Under the pieces are notes generated by a model. That model was given only the letters and a program-made list of their open reading frames with translations. It ran no database searches and was not told where the DNA came from. From Eledone cirrhosa (lineage: Eukaryota): 64,000 nt of DNA. Positions 51,288-64,000 of the stretch are shown here, piece after piece; position 1 is the stretch's first letter, and each line of letters begins with the position of its first letter. The stretch covers positions 1-64,000 of the forward strand of contig CAXHJY010000109.1 of the NCBI GenBank assembly GCA_964016885.1, written 5' to 3'. The translations under genes were made by a program, and so were the position numbers.

Positions 51288-51854
51288 GTAAGGAGAGAAA
51301 TCATTAAATTTTTCACGGCGGAGCGAATTATCTGGAAGCCAATTGGTATCTCAGTGAATCCATAAAGTCAGAGACGTGGTTGGTAAAGCTGTAATGAGAG
51401 TCTGTTAGTCGTTGTAAACGTAATTTAAACAAATGCGATAGTCTAGGATAACTAAAAATTTCAAATTAACGTTTTTATATCGATTGAGAAGGCGACTGCT
51501 CTCAGATGACACAACAGCAATTAATATGTGAAACAGTGTTAGCATAGGATTGGTTTATGAGGCTTTAAGCTCCAGTTTTAAGTAAACTTACGTCAAACTG
51601 ACTGTCAGGGATTAAAGTAGAATTTCTGCCAAATATTATTATCCTAAAGTGAAACTCTAGGTTAAATTGATTTAGTAACATCGAACCGTATCAATGGCTG
51701 AGATATGTTGAGCTCTGTATCATCATATAAATACCTAACTCAATCAACAAGCAGACGGTTCTTTCATTGTTTTTATTGTTATCATTGCCGTATTTCTAGC
51801 AAAATCGTCAGCAATAAAACTGTTCGAAAAAAGAAACAATTCTACAATATCAAA

Positions 51855-52345
51855 TTTGTTTCTGATTTAGACACAAGGCCAGCATTTTGGGGGAGGGGAA
51901 AGTCGATTATATCAACCCTAGTACATTACTGGTACTTTATTTTATAGACCTCGTAAGGATGAAATGCAAAGCTAACCTCAGCGGGATTTGAGATCGGAAC
52001 GTAAAGGGCCGTAAATCTATGCTGCAAAGCATGGCGTCTGACACTTTACCATATCATAATATCGTATAATAAGGCAGCGAATTGTCAGAGTCGTTAGAAT
52101 GTCAGATAGAAAATACCTTGGGGTATTTGTTGAAGCTCTCTGTTCTCTGATGTCAAATCCCGCTGAAGTTAACATTGTCTTTTATCCATTCGAAATCGAT
52201 AAAATCGTACCAGTCAATTACTGGGGGTCAATTCTTCCTCTATATCTCTCTCTCACTGTCATTCACTCTCACACTATCTTTCTAGGGAAGAAATTTGCTG
52301 TACTCAGACCTGGGGATGAGATGAGCTCCGCCAGGATTAAAATGA
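51855..52345. mobile_element. Head-to-head pair of family A SINEs (minus 51855-52050, plus 52071-52345)
   Basis: Both match the family A body; the plus copy shares its tail with 15507-15780. Confidence 0.7.
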
Positions 52346-52439
52346 GCAAGAAACGCCGCCAATACTCCGCCCCTACAACACCAATATCGTATGCTATTGT
52401 TTTAAGGGTTGTAGTTGGTGGAAACGTTAGAGTACCGGG

Positions 52440-53037
52440 TAAATATATATCATAGCATTTGATCCGGCTCATTAAGATCTGAGCTCAAATTCCACCGAGT
52501 AAATATATATCATAGCATTTGATCCGGCTTATTAAGATCTGAGCTCAAATTCCACCGAGTAAATATATATCATAGCATTTGATCCGGCTCATTAAGATCT
52601 GAGCTCAAATTCCACCGAGTAAATATATATCATAGCATTTGATCCGGCTCATTAAGATCTGAGCTCAAATTCCACCGAGTAAATATATATCATAGCATTT
52701 GATCCGGCTCATTAAGATCTGAGCTCAAATTCCACCGCGTAAATATATATCATAGCATTTGATCCGGCTCATTAAGATCTGAGCTCAAATTCCACCGAGT
52801 AAATATATATCATAGCATTTGATCCGGCTCATTAAGATCTGAGCTCAAATTCCACCGAGTAAATATATATCATAGCATTTGATCCGGCTCATTAAGATCT
52901 GAGCTCAAATTCCACCGAGTAAATATATATCATAGCATTTGATCCGGCTCATTAAGATCTGAGCTCAAATTCCACCGAGTAAATATATATCATAGCATTT
53001 GATCCGGCTCATTAAGGTCTCAGTTTAAATTCTACCG
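52440..53037 (+). repeat. 60-bp tandem repeat, ~10 copies, amplified from the SINE tRNA head
   Basis: Unit TAAATATATATCATAGCATTTGATCCGGCTCATTAAGATCTGAGCTCAAATTCCACCGAG, preceded by the SINE 5' end GTTGGTGGAAACGTTAGAGTACCGGG. Confidence 0.92.
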
Positions 53038-53269
53038 GTGGTAATTATTCCTTTCGGAGGACAATGAAATAAGGTTTTAGTTCATGGTGGAGTGACAGAA
53101 ATATTAGACGGACAGGCAAGCTCCTTTACCATGTCTTCTCGGGGAGTTTACTTTCTAAGTTCAAATTTCATTTGGTGATTCAATTATTCAATTCTCAGCG
53201 ATGACCAGGGCCCCATAACTCATTATGAAAACTACAATGGGTGATAACATTTATATATATATATATATA

Positions 53270-53472
53270 TCGACTTTCGTCAAATCGGACCGAGGAAACA
53301 ATGTTTCTGTTGGTATTTCCAATTGCTAATACTATCTATTGGTCGCAACTCCAGATAGAAGGAACAACGTGAAATAAAGTGTCTTGCTCAAGAACATAAC
53401 GCATCGCCTGGTCCAGGAATCGAACTCACAACCTCACGATTGCGAATCCTGTTCTCTAACCAATCAGCCACA
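53270..53472 (-). mobile_element. tRNA-derived SINE (family B head)
   Basis: Close paralogue of 28070-28272. Confidence 0.8.
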
Positions 53473-53654
53473 TATACATACATATATATATAACATTAAG
53501 AAAGATGCTGATGTTAAGTACATCGTTTATTCCTTATAATTATTTCAACGGTTCTCCCACGCAATCAAGATGTAATACATGCATTTGTTGTTGTTATGAG
53601 AACATTATCCTCAGATGAAATTGGATTTTGTGAGGGGGGGAATGGGGAAGGGGG

Positions 53655-53850
53655 TTGGCAGTATCAGTAGAACGTAAAAACATGCTTGGTTGGTTACGGC
53701 TCTTTGCGTTCTATTTTAAATCCCGCCGAGGTCAGATTTGACTTTCATACTTAATAGGGCGATGAAATAAAGTACCAGTAACGCACTGGGGTAGATTTAA
53801 ATGACGTTCTCTTACCCTAAAATTGATGGCCTTGCGACTTACTCAGAAAC
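53655..53850 (+). mobile_element. Family A SINE
   Basis: TTGGCAGTATC...AAATCCCGCCGAGGTC...GATGAAATAAAGTACCAGTAACGCACTGGGG. Confidence 0.7.
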
Positions 53851-54119
53851 CATTATATATAAATATATGTGTGTGTGTGTGTGTATGTGTTAGTACACAT
53901 ACACTCCAACACGTTCATGTAAGTGGTTAGAGTCATATGTTTGTGCGATTGCCGACTTCTACAGAACCAATTACAGACATACATATATTTATGTGTACTA
54001 ATGCAATGTATGGTGTATAGATATAAGAAAACTGAAACAATCATAACCGTTTGATGGATATATATATAGAGAGAGACACAGAGAGAGGCACAGAGAGAGA
54101 GAGAGGCACAGAGAGAGAG

Positions 54120-54160
<41 letters not shown>

Positions 54161-54783
54161 GCACAGAGAGAGAGAGGGGGGGGCAGAGAGGCAGAGAGAG
54201 AGAGACAGAGAGAGATAGAGAGCTAGCGAGAGAGAGAGAGAGCTAGCGAGAGAGAGAGAGAGAGAGCTAGCGAGAGAGAGAGAGAGCTAGAGAGAGAGAG
54301 CTAGAGAGAGAGAGCTAAAGAGAGCTAGAGAGAGCTAGAGCTAGATATTGATATAGAGGGCGAGATAGGACTTAGATAGATAGAGAGACAGATAGATAGA
54401 CAGACAGACAGATAGAGAGATAGATAGATAGACAGACAGATAGAGAGATAGATCGATATAGAGAGAAAGGGGGCAAGGCACTTGTAGAAAAACAAAACAG
54501 AGTTCGTAAGAGCTCAGTTAAAAGTGAGCAATGAAAATGGCTGCAGCGAAGATGATTGCAAAAGCGTGATGCAAATGAATAAAGATGGCGGCACTAATAA
54601 TTGGAAACGGTGTTCGGTATATGGAAGTAATAAATATATGATTTTAATCATCCATCTGTAATATACTAAATACATTATTTCGATAAACAAATGCCAGGGG
54701 TTGAATAGAGACGGTTGGTTGGTGGCATTCACATTATGTATGGAATAACAAACGAACAAGAAAAATAACAACAACAATAATAT

Positions 54784-54845
<62 letters not shown>

Positions 54846-55173
54846 GTAATAGTATAAGGAAGCTGGAGGCTGGATCTTTCTTTCTCTCCAGATTATCTTT
54901 ACGGACGAATAACTCACCAAGTGGATCACTGAGAATGGATAGCGATAGTTGTATTAGGATATTTTGTTATACGCATGCGCACACATATTTGTGTCTGTGT
55001 GTGTGTGAGAGGGTATGTGTGTGTGTGAGAGGGTATGTGTGTGTGTGTATATATGTGTGTGTTAAACAAAACAATACTTTAGGGTGACTATGATAAGGGA
55101 TATACGTCTCTTGACCATATATATATATATATATAATGGGAGAGGGAGAGAAAGAGAGATGTGTATGTATATA

Positions 55174-55228
<55 letters not shown>

Positions 55229-55461
55229 ATATATATATATATATGTGTGTGTATATATATATATGTGTGTGTATATATATGTGTGTATATATATATATAT
55301 GTGTGTATATATATATATATGTGTATATATAATATGTGTATATATATATCTATACATACATATGTGTATATATATATCTATACATACATATGCATATATA
55401 TACATATGCATATATACATATACAGACACACACATATATACACATATACATATATATATAT

Positions 55462-55501
<40 letters not shown>

Positions 55502-56031
55502 ACATACATATACACACGTATACATACATATATATACATACATATACACACATATACACACACATATATATACATATATACACATACATACACATACACA
55601 CATATATATATATATACACACAGGTATATATATATATGTATACATATATATACATATATATATACATATATACACATATATATATACATATATACACATA
55701 TATATATATACACACACATACACATATATATATATATATACACACAGGTATATATATATATGTATACATATATATACATATATATATACATATATACAGA
55801 TATATACATATATATATATATATACACACATGCATATATACATGTGTATATATAGATGTGTAAAAATACATATGTATACACATGTATATATACGTATACA
55901 TTAAATATACATATAATTGTGTGTATGTGTAGGAGTGCGTGTGTGAGAGTGTAGGAGTGCGTGTGTGTGAGTGTAGGAGTATGTGTGTGTGTGGTAAGTG
56001 TAGGAGTGTGTGTGGCTGTGTGTGTGTGTGG

Positions 56032-56069
<38 letters not shown>

Positions 56070-56319
56070 GAGTGCGTGTGTGTGAGTGTAGGAGTATGTG
56101 TGTGTGGTAAGTGTAGGAGTGTGTGTGGCTGTGTGTGTGTGTGGCTGTGCGTGTGCGTGTGCGTGTGCGTGTGCGTGTGCGTGTGCGTGTGCGTGTGTGT
56201 GTGTGTGGCTGTGTGTGTGTGTGTGTGTGTGTGGTGAGGCAATATTTTATATCAGTGATAAAAACAACTTGACTATTTAGATGAATATAATTAATATTAC
56301 TGGATAGGTAGAATAGATG

Positions 56320-56448
56320 GAGCATCGGATAACATGATTTGTGGCATAGAGTTACGGCCCGTTACGTCCTGAATTCTAGTCCCGCCCAGGTTAGCTTTGC
56401 TTAGTTACAGGGTCGATAAAATAAAGTACCAGCAATGCACTGGGGTGA
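56320..56448 (+). mobile_element. Family A SINE fragment running into (GGT/GAT)n
   Basis: GAGTTACGGCCC...GGGTCGATAAAATAAAGTACCAGCAATGCACTGGGG. Confidence 0.7.
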
Positions 56449-56961
56449 TAGTGGTGTTGGTGATGATGATGGTGGTGGTGGTGTTGGTGGTGGTGATAGT
56501 TGTGATGGTGGTGGTGGTAGTGGTAGTTGTGGTGGTGGTTGTAGTGGTGGTAGTGGTGGTGGTGGTGGATGGTGGTGGTGTTGGGTGGTGGTGGTGGGTG
56601 GTGGTGGTGGCGATGGTGGAGTGATGGTGGTGATGGTGGTGGTGACGATGGAGATGGTGGTGGTGATGGTGGTGACGAGTGTGATGGTGACGATGGCGGT
56701 GACGATGGTGGTGACAATCGTGATGATGACGATGGTGGTGACGATGGTGACGGTGGTGTCGATGAAGATGACGACGACGACGATAATGACAATAACAGAA
56801 GTATGTGGCCTGCATGTGATTAAATCTAAACGTCATTGCATGACTGTTGATGTTAACAACTGGAATTCACAGATCTATATATCGTGGGTGTATATATACA
56901 GTTTACATGTATGTGTGTAATTATGTCTATATATGAACACACAACCACATAAACAGACACA

Positions 56962-57001
<40 letters not shown>

Positions 57002-57006
<5 letters not shown>

Positions 57007-57914
57007 AACAAGTAAGACCCCGACGGCTGAGCTCAAGCCGTTTCGACGGCTAATTCTGGACTAAATTTAGTCCAGAATTAGCCGTCGAAACGGCTTGAGC
57101 TCAGCCGTCGGGGTCCTACTCGTTCCTATTACCCACTCTACTACCCTAAGTATTGAGTACTTTGGTGCGTTATGGTCCACCTGGTTCCTTACCACATTTC
57201 CTTCGTTATATATATATATATATATATATTGGAATAAATGTCTATATGTCTATATTCACATATATATCGCTATTTCAGAGCATTTATTCCAATTTCCAAT
57301 TTCTGCCGGACCGGCAACCGCTCTTTCAAACCAGTTCCTGTACACAGCTAAGTATTCTATAAGTCTCTAGCTGTGTCATTCTCGATAAAAGCACTGGATA
57401 TGTAGTCCTGAAGATTTCTAACAAGAATGAAACGCGTAGATTACTTCCCTTGCTTTTATCGAGAATCTAATTGTAATACGTGACGTATTCTATTCTATAG
57501 CGATTAGGTCTTCAAAATGTTTATTATAAACATACAGAATATTTTCGAATATTCTATGTCTATATTCACATATATATATATATATATATAGGAACGAGTA
57601 GGACCCCGACGGCTGAGCTGAAGCCGTTTCGACGGCTAATTCTGGACTAAATTGAGTACAGAATTAGCCGTCGAAACGGCTTGAGCTCAGCCGTCGGGGT
57701 CTTACTTGTTCCTATATATATATATATATACAGTGTGTCTGTTTATGTGGTTGTGTGTTCATATATGGACTAAATTTAGTCCAGAATTAGCCGTGGAAAC
57801 GGCTTGAGCTCAGCCGTAGGGGTCCTACTCGTTCCTATTACCCGCTCTACTACCCTAAGTATTGAGTACTTTGGTGCGTTATGGTCCATCTGGTTCCTTA
57901 CCACATTTCCTTCG

Positions 57915-57916
<2 letters not shown>
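57002..57916. mobile_element. Cluster of three 'GACTAA-TTAGTC' family units (palindromes 57002-57129 and ~57588-57715; single arm 57766-57916)
   Basis: Same sequence family as 33734-33938 and 12394-12535. Confidence 0.85.
57378..57466 (+). ncRNA. Canonical minimal type I hammerhead with extended stem I
   Basis: GTAGTC, CTGAAGA (57408-57414), TTTCT AACA AGAAT, GAAA, CGCG, TA, GATTAC; distal 16-bp helix ATTCTCGATAAAAGCA / TGCTTTTATCGAGAAT. Confidence 0.88.
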
Positions 57917-57946
<30 letters not shown>

Positions 57947-57950
<4 letters not shown>

Positions 57951-58180
57951 TTCCGGGTTCAATCGAGGGAAACCACAGTAAGTAAGGTACTCAATACATA
58001 GCAGAGTATAAATGTTTTAATATAGAAGAGCTTCTACAGGACTAGAACTGTTTCATTCGTGAGAAATCATCAGGAGCTTCCTGATGATTTCTCACGAATG
58101 AACAGTTCTAGTCCTGTACCAGCTCTTCTATATATATATATATATATATATATAGAAGAGCTGGTACAGGACTAGAACTG
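57947..58180. ncRNA. Head-to-head hammerhead pair (family of 33584)
   Basis: TCATCAG (58067-58073) and CTGATGA (58081-58087) flank an axis at ~58077. Minus copy: GAAA-CAG TTCTAGTC CTG-TA-GAAGCT. The plus copy lacks one A of GAAA. Confidence 0.8.
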
Positions 58181-58232
58181 TCCGGGAGCTTCCAACAGTA
58201 ATGGTTGCATTCTTTAAGGGTATGTCAATATT

Positions 58233-58340
58233 TATTTATAAAACTGATCTATATTATATTTTATCTGATGAAAGCACACCATAATTTAACTTGGTGCCCT
58301 TGAAATATGTATAATGAAACAAATATGGTTTTATAAATAT
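58233..58340 (+). ncRNA. Type I hammerhead
   Basis: CTGATGA (58265-58271), AAGCAC...GTGCCCTT, GAAA, TATG, TA; distal pairing TATTTATAAAAC / GTTTTATAAATA. Confidence 0.7.
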
Positions 58341-58359
58341 AGTTTCCATTTGTTAATAT

Positions 58360-58610
58360 CGTATATATATATATATATAACAAACACTCACACACATATA
58401 TATATATATATATACATACAAACACTCACACACACACATATATATATATACATACAAACACACACACACACACATATATATATATACATACAAACACTCA
58501 CACACACACACACACACATATATATATACATACAAACACTCACACACACACATATATATATACATACAAACACTCACACACACACACATATATATATACA
58601 TACAAACACT

Positions 58611-58671
<61 letters not shown>

Positions 58672-58711
58672 CCTTGGAGACTGTACTACACTGTGGCTGC
58701 ATATATATATA

Positions 58712-58744
<33 letters not shown>

Positions 58745-58838
58745 GGATGTGTATGTATATATGTACGTGTTTATATGTATGTATGAATATATATATATAT
58801 GTTTATAATGTGTATATCTCTCTCTGTGTATCTAGTAT

Positions 58839-58887
<49 letters not shown>

Positions 58888-58892
58888 TATAT

Positions 58893-58926
<34 letters not shown>

Positions 58927-60932
58927 ATATATATATATATGTATATATATATATATCCATATATATATATATATATATATATATGATATATATATGGAGC
59001 TTCAGTGTGGTACAGTCTCCAAGTCTGATAATCAGCTGTGTTCAATACAGCCGCCATACTTGATTAACTTCTAAAGATGATTTTATTAACTAAGGAAAAA
59101 TAAATAAAAGCACAGTGCGGGTGTGTGTGTGTGGCAGTGGTAGTGTGTGTATGTGAGTGTGTGTATGTGAGTGTGTGTGTAGCAGTGTGTGTGTGGCAGT
59201 GTGTATGTATGTGTGTGGCAGTGTGTGTATGTGTGTTTGGAAGTGTGTATGTGGCAGTGTGTGACAGTGGCTCAGACTGTGCCAGTGCCAGTGTGTGTGC
59301 GTCTCAGTGTGTGTGCGTGTCAGTGTGCGTGTGTGTCAGTGTGTGCGTGTGTGTCTGTGTGTGTCATTGTCTGTGTGTGTCAGTGTGTGTGTGTGCGTGT
59401 CAGTGTATGTGCGTGTGTGTTTGTGTCAGTGTGTGCGTGTGTGTGTCATTGTCTGTGTGTGTGTCAGTGTGTGTGTGTGGTTGTGTGTCAGTGTGTGTGT
59501 GTGTGTGAGTGTCAGTGTGTGTGAGTGTGTGTCTGTTTCAGTATGTCTATAAGCAGGAGTATGTGTGTGTGTGTGTCAGCGTTGTGCCTATATGTATGTG
59601 TATATGCGTGTCCGAGTGTGTGTATCAGTGTGTGTGTGTATCAGTGCGTGTGTAACTGTTTGAGTGTGTGTCTATATACATGTGTCTGTGTTTGCGTGTA
59701 TGTGTATATATCTGTTTGCGTGTATGTATATATATTTGTATGTGTGTATGTGTATATATTTGTATGTGTGTATGTGTATATATATGTGTACATACACCCA
59801 CATATACAGTCACATGCACACGCATACATACACAGACACAGACATACACTGTCACACACACACGCATACATACACAGACACAGACATACACTGTCACACA
59901 CACACGCATACATACACAGACACAGACATACACTGTCACACACACACGCATACATACATAGACACAGACATACACTGTCACACACACACATACACACACA
60001 CACTGAAACACATACATACACTGTCACACACACACACTGACACACATACAGACAGACTCAGATATACACTGTCACACACACATACACACACACACTGACA
60101 CACATACATACACTGTCACACACACACTGACTCACACATACAGACACACACACATATACACTGTCATACACACATACACACACACACACATATTTAAAGG
60201 TCTCTCTCTGGACCCTGGTGGTGGTGGTGGTAATGTGGGTGGTGTTGGTGGTGGAGATGGTGGTGTGGTGTTGGTGGTTGGTGTTGGTGGTAGTGGTGGT
60301 GTTGGTGGTGGTGGTGGTAGTGTTGGTGGTGGTGATGTTGGTGGTGTTGGTGGTGGTGGTGGTGGTGGTGGTGGTAGTGGCCCTTATGATGGCATGGTGG
60401 TAGCCATTTAATTGATATATTATTTTATTGATTTTTTAGTCTCTACCCTCCTCTCCCTCCTATTATTAATATACTCCTACTCTCCCCCTCTCCCCCCACC
60501 TCCCACCGTGGTCTGCGGCCGAGATTGGATTTTTCACGTAATTGAAATTAATAAGTTGTATATTGTTGTAGAAATAAAACAATGAGATGTCAGGAGGAGG
60601 GGGAAGGCGGGGTGAAAGGGGGGAGGGGGAAGGGAAAATGAAAAAGAAGTGGAAGAAGAGGAAAAAGAGAAAGAGGAAAAAGAAAAAAGAAAAGGAGGAA
60701 GAAGAAGAAAAGAAGAAAAAGAAGAAAAAGAAAACCAAAACAACAACAACCTGTATATTGTAATAACTTACGTAACATGTAATAGAGGAAAGAGAGACAG
60801 AGAAGAGAGAGAGAGACAGAAAAAGAGAGAGAGAGACAGAGAAAGAGAGAGAGACAGAGAAAGAGAGACAGAGAAAGAAGAGAGAGAGAGGTGAGAGGGA
60901 GGAAGGGAGGGGGGAGAAAGAGGGGGAGGGGG

Positions 60933-60993
<61 letters not shown>

Positions 60994-61014
60994 GAGAGAG
61001 AGAGAGAGAGAGGG

Positions 61015-61100
<86 letters not shown>

Positions 61101-61773
61101 AGGAGAGGGGGAGAGAGAGGAGGGGGACAGAGATGAGAGGGAGAGAGGAGAGAGGAGAGGGGGGAGAGAGGAGAGAGAGAGAAAGGGAGATAGAGAGGGA
61201 GATAGAGAGAGAGATAGAGAGAGAAAGGGAGATAGAGAGAGAGAAAGGGAGATAGAGAGGGAGATAGAGAGAGAGAAAGGGAGATAGAGAAAGGGGATAG
61301 AGAGGGAGATAGAGAGAGAGAAAGGGAGATAGAGAGGTAGGGGTGAGAGAGAGCAAGATGTATGTGAGTTGTGTGTATGTGAGTGTGTGCATGTGAGTGT
61401 GTGCATGTGAGTGTGTGCATGTGGTGTGTGTGTATGTGTGTGTATGCATGCGTGTGTGCATGTGTGTGTGTGTGCATTCGTGTGTATGTATGTGTGTGTA
61501 TGTGTATGTATGTGTGTGTAAGTGTATGTATGTGTGTGTATGTGTATGTATGTGTGTGTAAGTGTAAGACAGAAAGATAAAGAAAACGAGAGAGCAAAAG
61601 AGAAAAGAGGAAAAGTGTAAAAATCATGATTAAAAATAAATCGATTACGGCGGAAGATAAATGAATTTTTGTTGGAGATAATCTGATTTTGGGTGTGTAT
61701 ATATATATATATATAGTGGGGAAGAGTGTATATATTATGTATATATATAGTGGGGAAGAGTGTATATATTATG

Positions 61774-61805
<32 letters not shown>

Positions 61806-61863
61806 GTATGTATTACATATATATATACATACACATGTGTGTATATATTGTGTGTGTATGTAT

Positions 61864-61901
<38 letters not shown>

Positions 61902-62071
61902 CACATGTGTGTATGTATATATATTTGTGTGTGTTTCTGTCTGCATATGCGTGCGTATAATTATATGTACGATTGTATTTTAATAGGTATGTATTTGCGT
62001 CTGTGCATATATATATGAGTGTGAGTGTGTGTATGTGAGTGTATATGTGTGCCTGTGTGCCTGTGTGTGTG

Positions 62072-62108
<37 letters not shown>

Positions 62109-62170
62109 CTGTGTGCGTGTGTGCGTGTGCGTGTGCGTGTGCGTGTGTGTGTGTCTGAGTGTGTGTGTGC
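58360..62170. repeat. Mixed (CA/TG)n, (TA)n, (GGT)n and (GA)n microsatellite field
   Basis: Directly visible. Confidence 0.9.
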
Positions 62171-62772
62171 ATGGATGATTGGTTAAAGCGTTTGTTTCGC
62201 AATCACTTGGTCACATGTTCGATATCTGTTTGTGTCGTCATGATCACGTGTCCTTTACGACATCCTCGAGTCGGGCCAAGCTTTGGCAACGAAAGTCGGA
62301 AAACAGAACCTGTTTGGTGGCCCCTTCTATGGATTTTAGTACCAGTAATTTAAGGGGTCACTCTTCTCCTATATGCTGATCCTCCACGAAAACTAGGTTA
62401 TTGCTGCACGTGTCTGTGGGACGCTCCTTCACATATGTGTTAATTCCTTCAGCAGGTTCTCCCATTGATCAAACACTTGTACCAATCATCGTCGACACGG
62501 CCGGAAGCCCGTTCCACGTGTCAGTGATTAATGATTACATGTTAGGTCTAGGGTGGGGTAAACAAGAGTTGAGGTGATATCTTTTGGGTCCCAAATTATA
62601 GGTGGCGCTGTTGGAATAAGTGGGGCGGAAAGGAAGGGGTGTTGGAATAAGTGGGCGGAGGGAATACGTGGGGGTATGAAATAGGTGGGGTGTTGGAATG
62701 AGAGGAGGGGTGGAAAACCAGAATTAGTCGTTTAGTTTACATACTGAGACCCAATCCAACCTATTTATTTTA

Positions 62773-62960
62773 TAATTGTTTCTACTTTTGGCACAAGGCC
62801 AGCAAATAACCAGTACATTACTGGTACTTTATTTTATCGACCCCGTAAGGATGAAAGGCAAAGTTAACTCGACGGGATTTGAACTCAGACCGTAAAGGGA
62901 CGTAACTATGCTGGAAAGCATGGCGTCCGACCTCTAACCGATACTGCCAATCACCGCCCT
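62773..62960 (-). mobile_element. Full-length family A SINE with apparent target-site duplication
   Basis: Complete head-to-tail match; CCTATTTATTTTTATAAT occurs on both sides (~62760 and ~62958). Confidence 0.85.
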
Positions 62961-63217
62961 ATTTATTTTATAATGTATGGGATTTCTTGCTATGTTGTTT
63001 TTTAGTCAAGTATATTTTTTAATGTATAAAGAAAATTAATTGTCGCAGAAATGCTACGACATAAAATATAGTTTCGCCGGAGTTTAGTAAAATGTTATCG
63101 CGATGGGTGTAATGAGAGGAGAAGGTTAAAAAATATCTGAAAAATTAATAAGTGGCTGATGGGGGGAGGGGGTGATTACTGGAGAGCCGAAATACATCGG
63201 CAGAAAATGGTTTTTGA

Positions 63218-63424
63218 TTTAGGCACAGGGCCAGAAGTTTGGGGGAGGGAAGTCGATTAAATTGACCCCAGTGTGTTGCTGGTACTTTATTCTATCGACC
63301 TCGTAAGAATGATAGGCAAAGCTAACCTCAGCAGGATTCGAACTCAGAAGAGTAAAGGGCCGTAAATCTATGCTGCGAAGCATGTTGTCCGACGCTTTAC
63401 CGATACTGCCAACCCATCGTCGCA
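63218..63424 (-). mobile_element. Family A SINE
   Basis: CTGGTACTTTATTCTATCGACC...GGATTCGAACTCAG...GATACTGCCAAC. Confidence 0.8.
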
Positions 63425-63912
63425 ATAATGTGAGCGTGTTTGATTTTAACGTCCTTGGAAATATAATAAAACTGTTTGTCCCCCACGAATATTTCTGACT
63501 AACATAGAGAGCGTTACATATGTTCCTTACAGACCGAGGGTGGTATTTAACTTTAGCGTCCCCGGGGGGAAGGATATATCGCAGAGTTGGAATTAAACTA
63601 GGGTCTTAAAGTGAGAAGTTATCGTGAAGAATATTGGGTCAGCAGTTATGAGAAGCCAGCAGATTCCATCATGGTGCCCAGCGCCTATAATTATGTTCTT
63701 TAAACATGAACTATCCCATACGTGATACTGAACAAATATATAACGAGCTGGTGGTGGAGATGGCAGATACGAAATAGATTAATTTATTTTCATTCCAAAC
63801 CACAGCTGTCATATCTATATTACTTCTCTCTCTCTCTCTCTCTCCATATATATATATATACATATACACACACACATACATACACATGCAAATTATATAT
63901 ATGCATGTATGG

Positions 63913-63952
<40 letters not shown>

Positions 63953-64000
63953 CTATACATGTATATATATATCTATACATGTATATATATATATATACAT

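Overview
Repeat-dominated, AT-rich animal genomic DNA, most likely cephalopod (octopus-like). The species call is an inference from the huge (TA)n/(TACA)n tracts and two recurrent tRNA-derived SINE families. Almost all ORFs in the track are microsatellite or satellite artefacts, and no host gene can be called with confidence; a few candidate micro-exons are flagged. Recognisable coding sequence is all retroelement-derived: a Penelope-like (probably Naiad-type) RT-thumb/GIY-YIG fragment with an inverted 5' piece (6943-8426), an RTE-like remnant, a CRE-clade element whose REL endonuclease and RT halves face opposite strands (29020-30520), and a 5'-truncated CR1 LINE. Large tandem arrays have 68-, 46-, ~130- and 60-bp units, and two of them grew out of SINE parts. 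There is also a TTAA-flanked piggyBac-type MITE. The most striking signal is that many short non-repetitive islands inside the TA tracts carry type I hammerhead ribozyme motifs (CTGANGA...GAAA-palindrome-TH), about 15-20 complete or partial motifs from several unrelated families. Some have very long stem II hairpins, and several sit in near-perfect fold-back palindromes, including one of 395 bp. This suggests a population of TA-targeting, ribozyme-bearing, non-autonomous Penelope-like elements that insert by hairpin self-priming.
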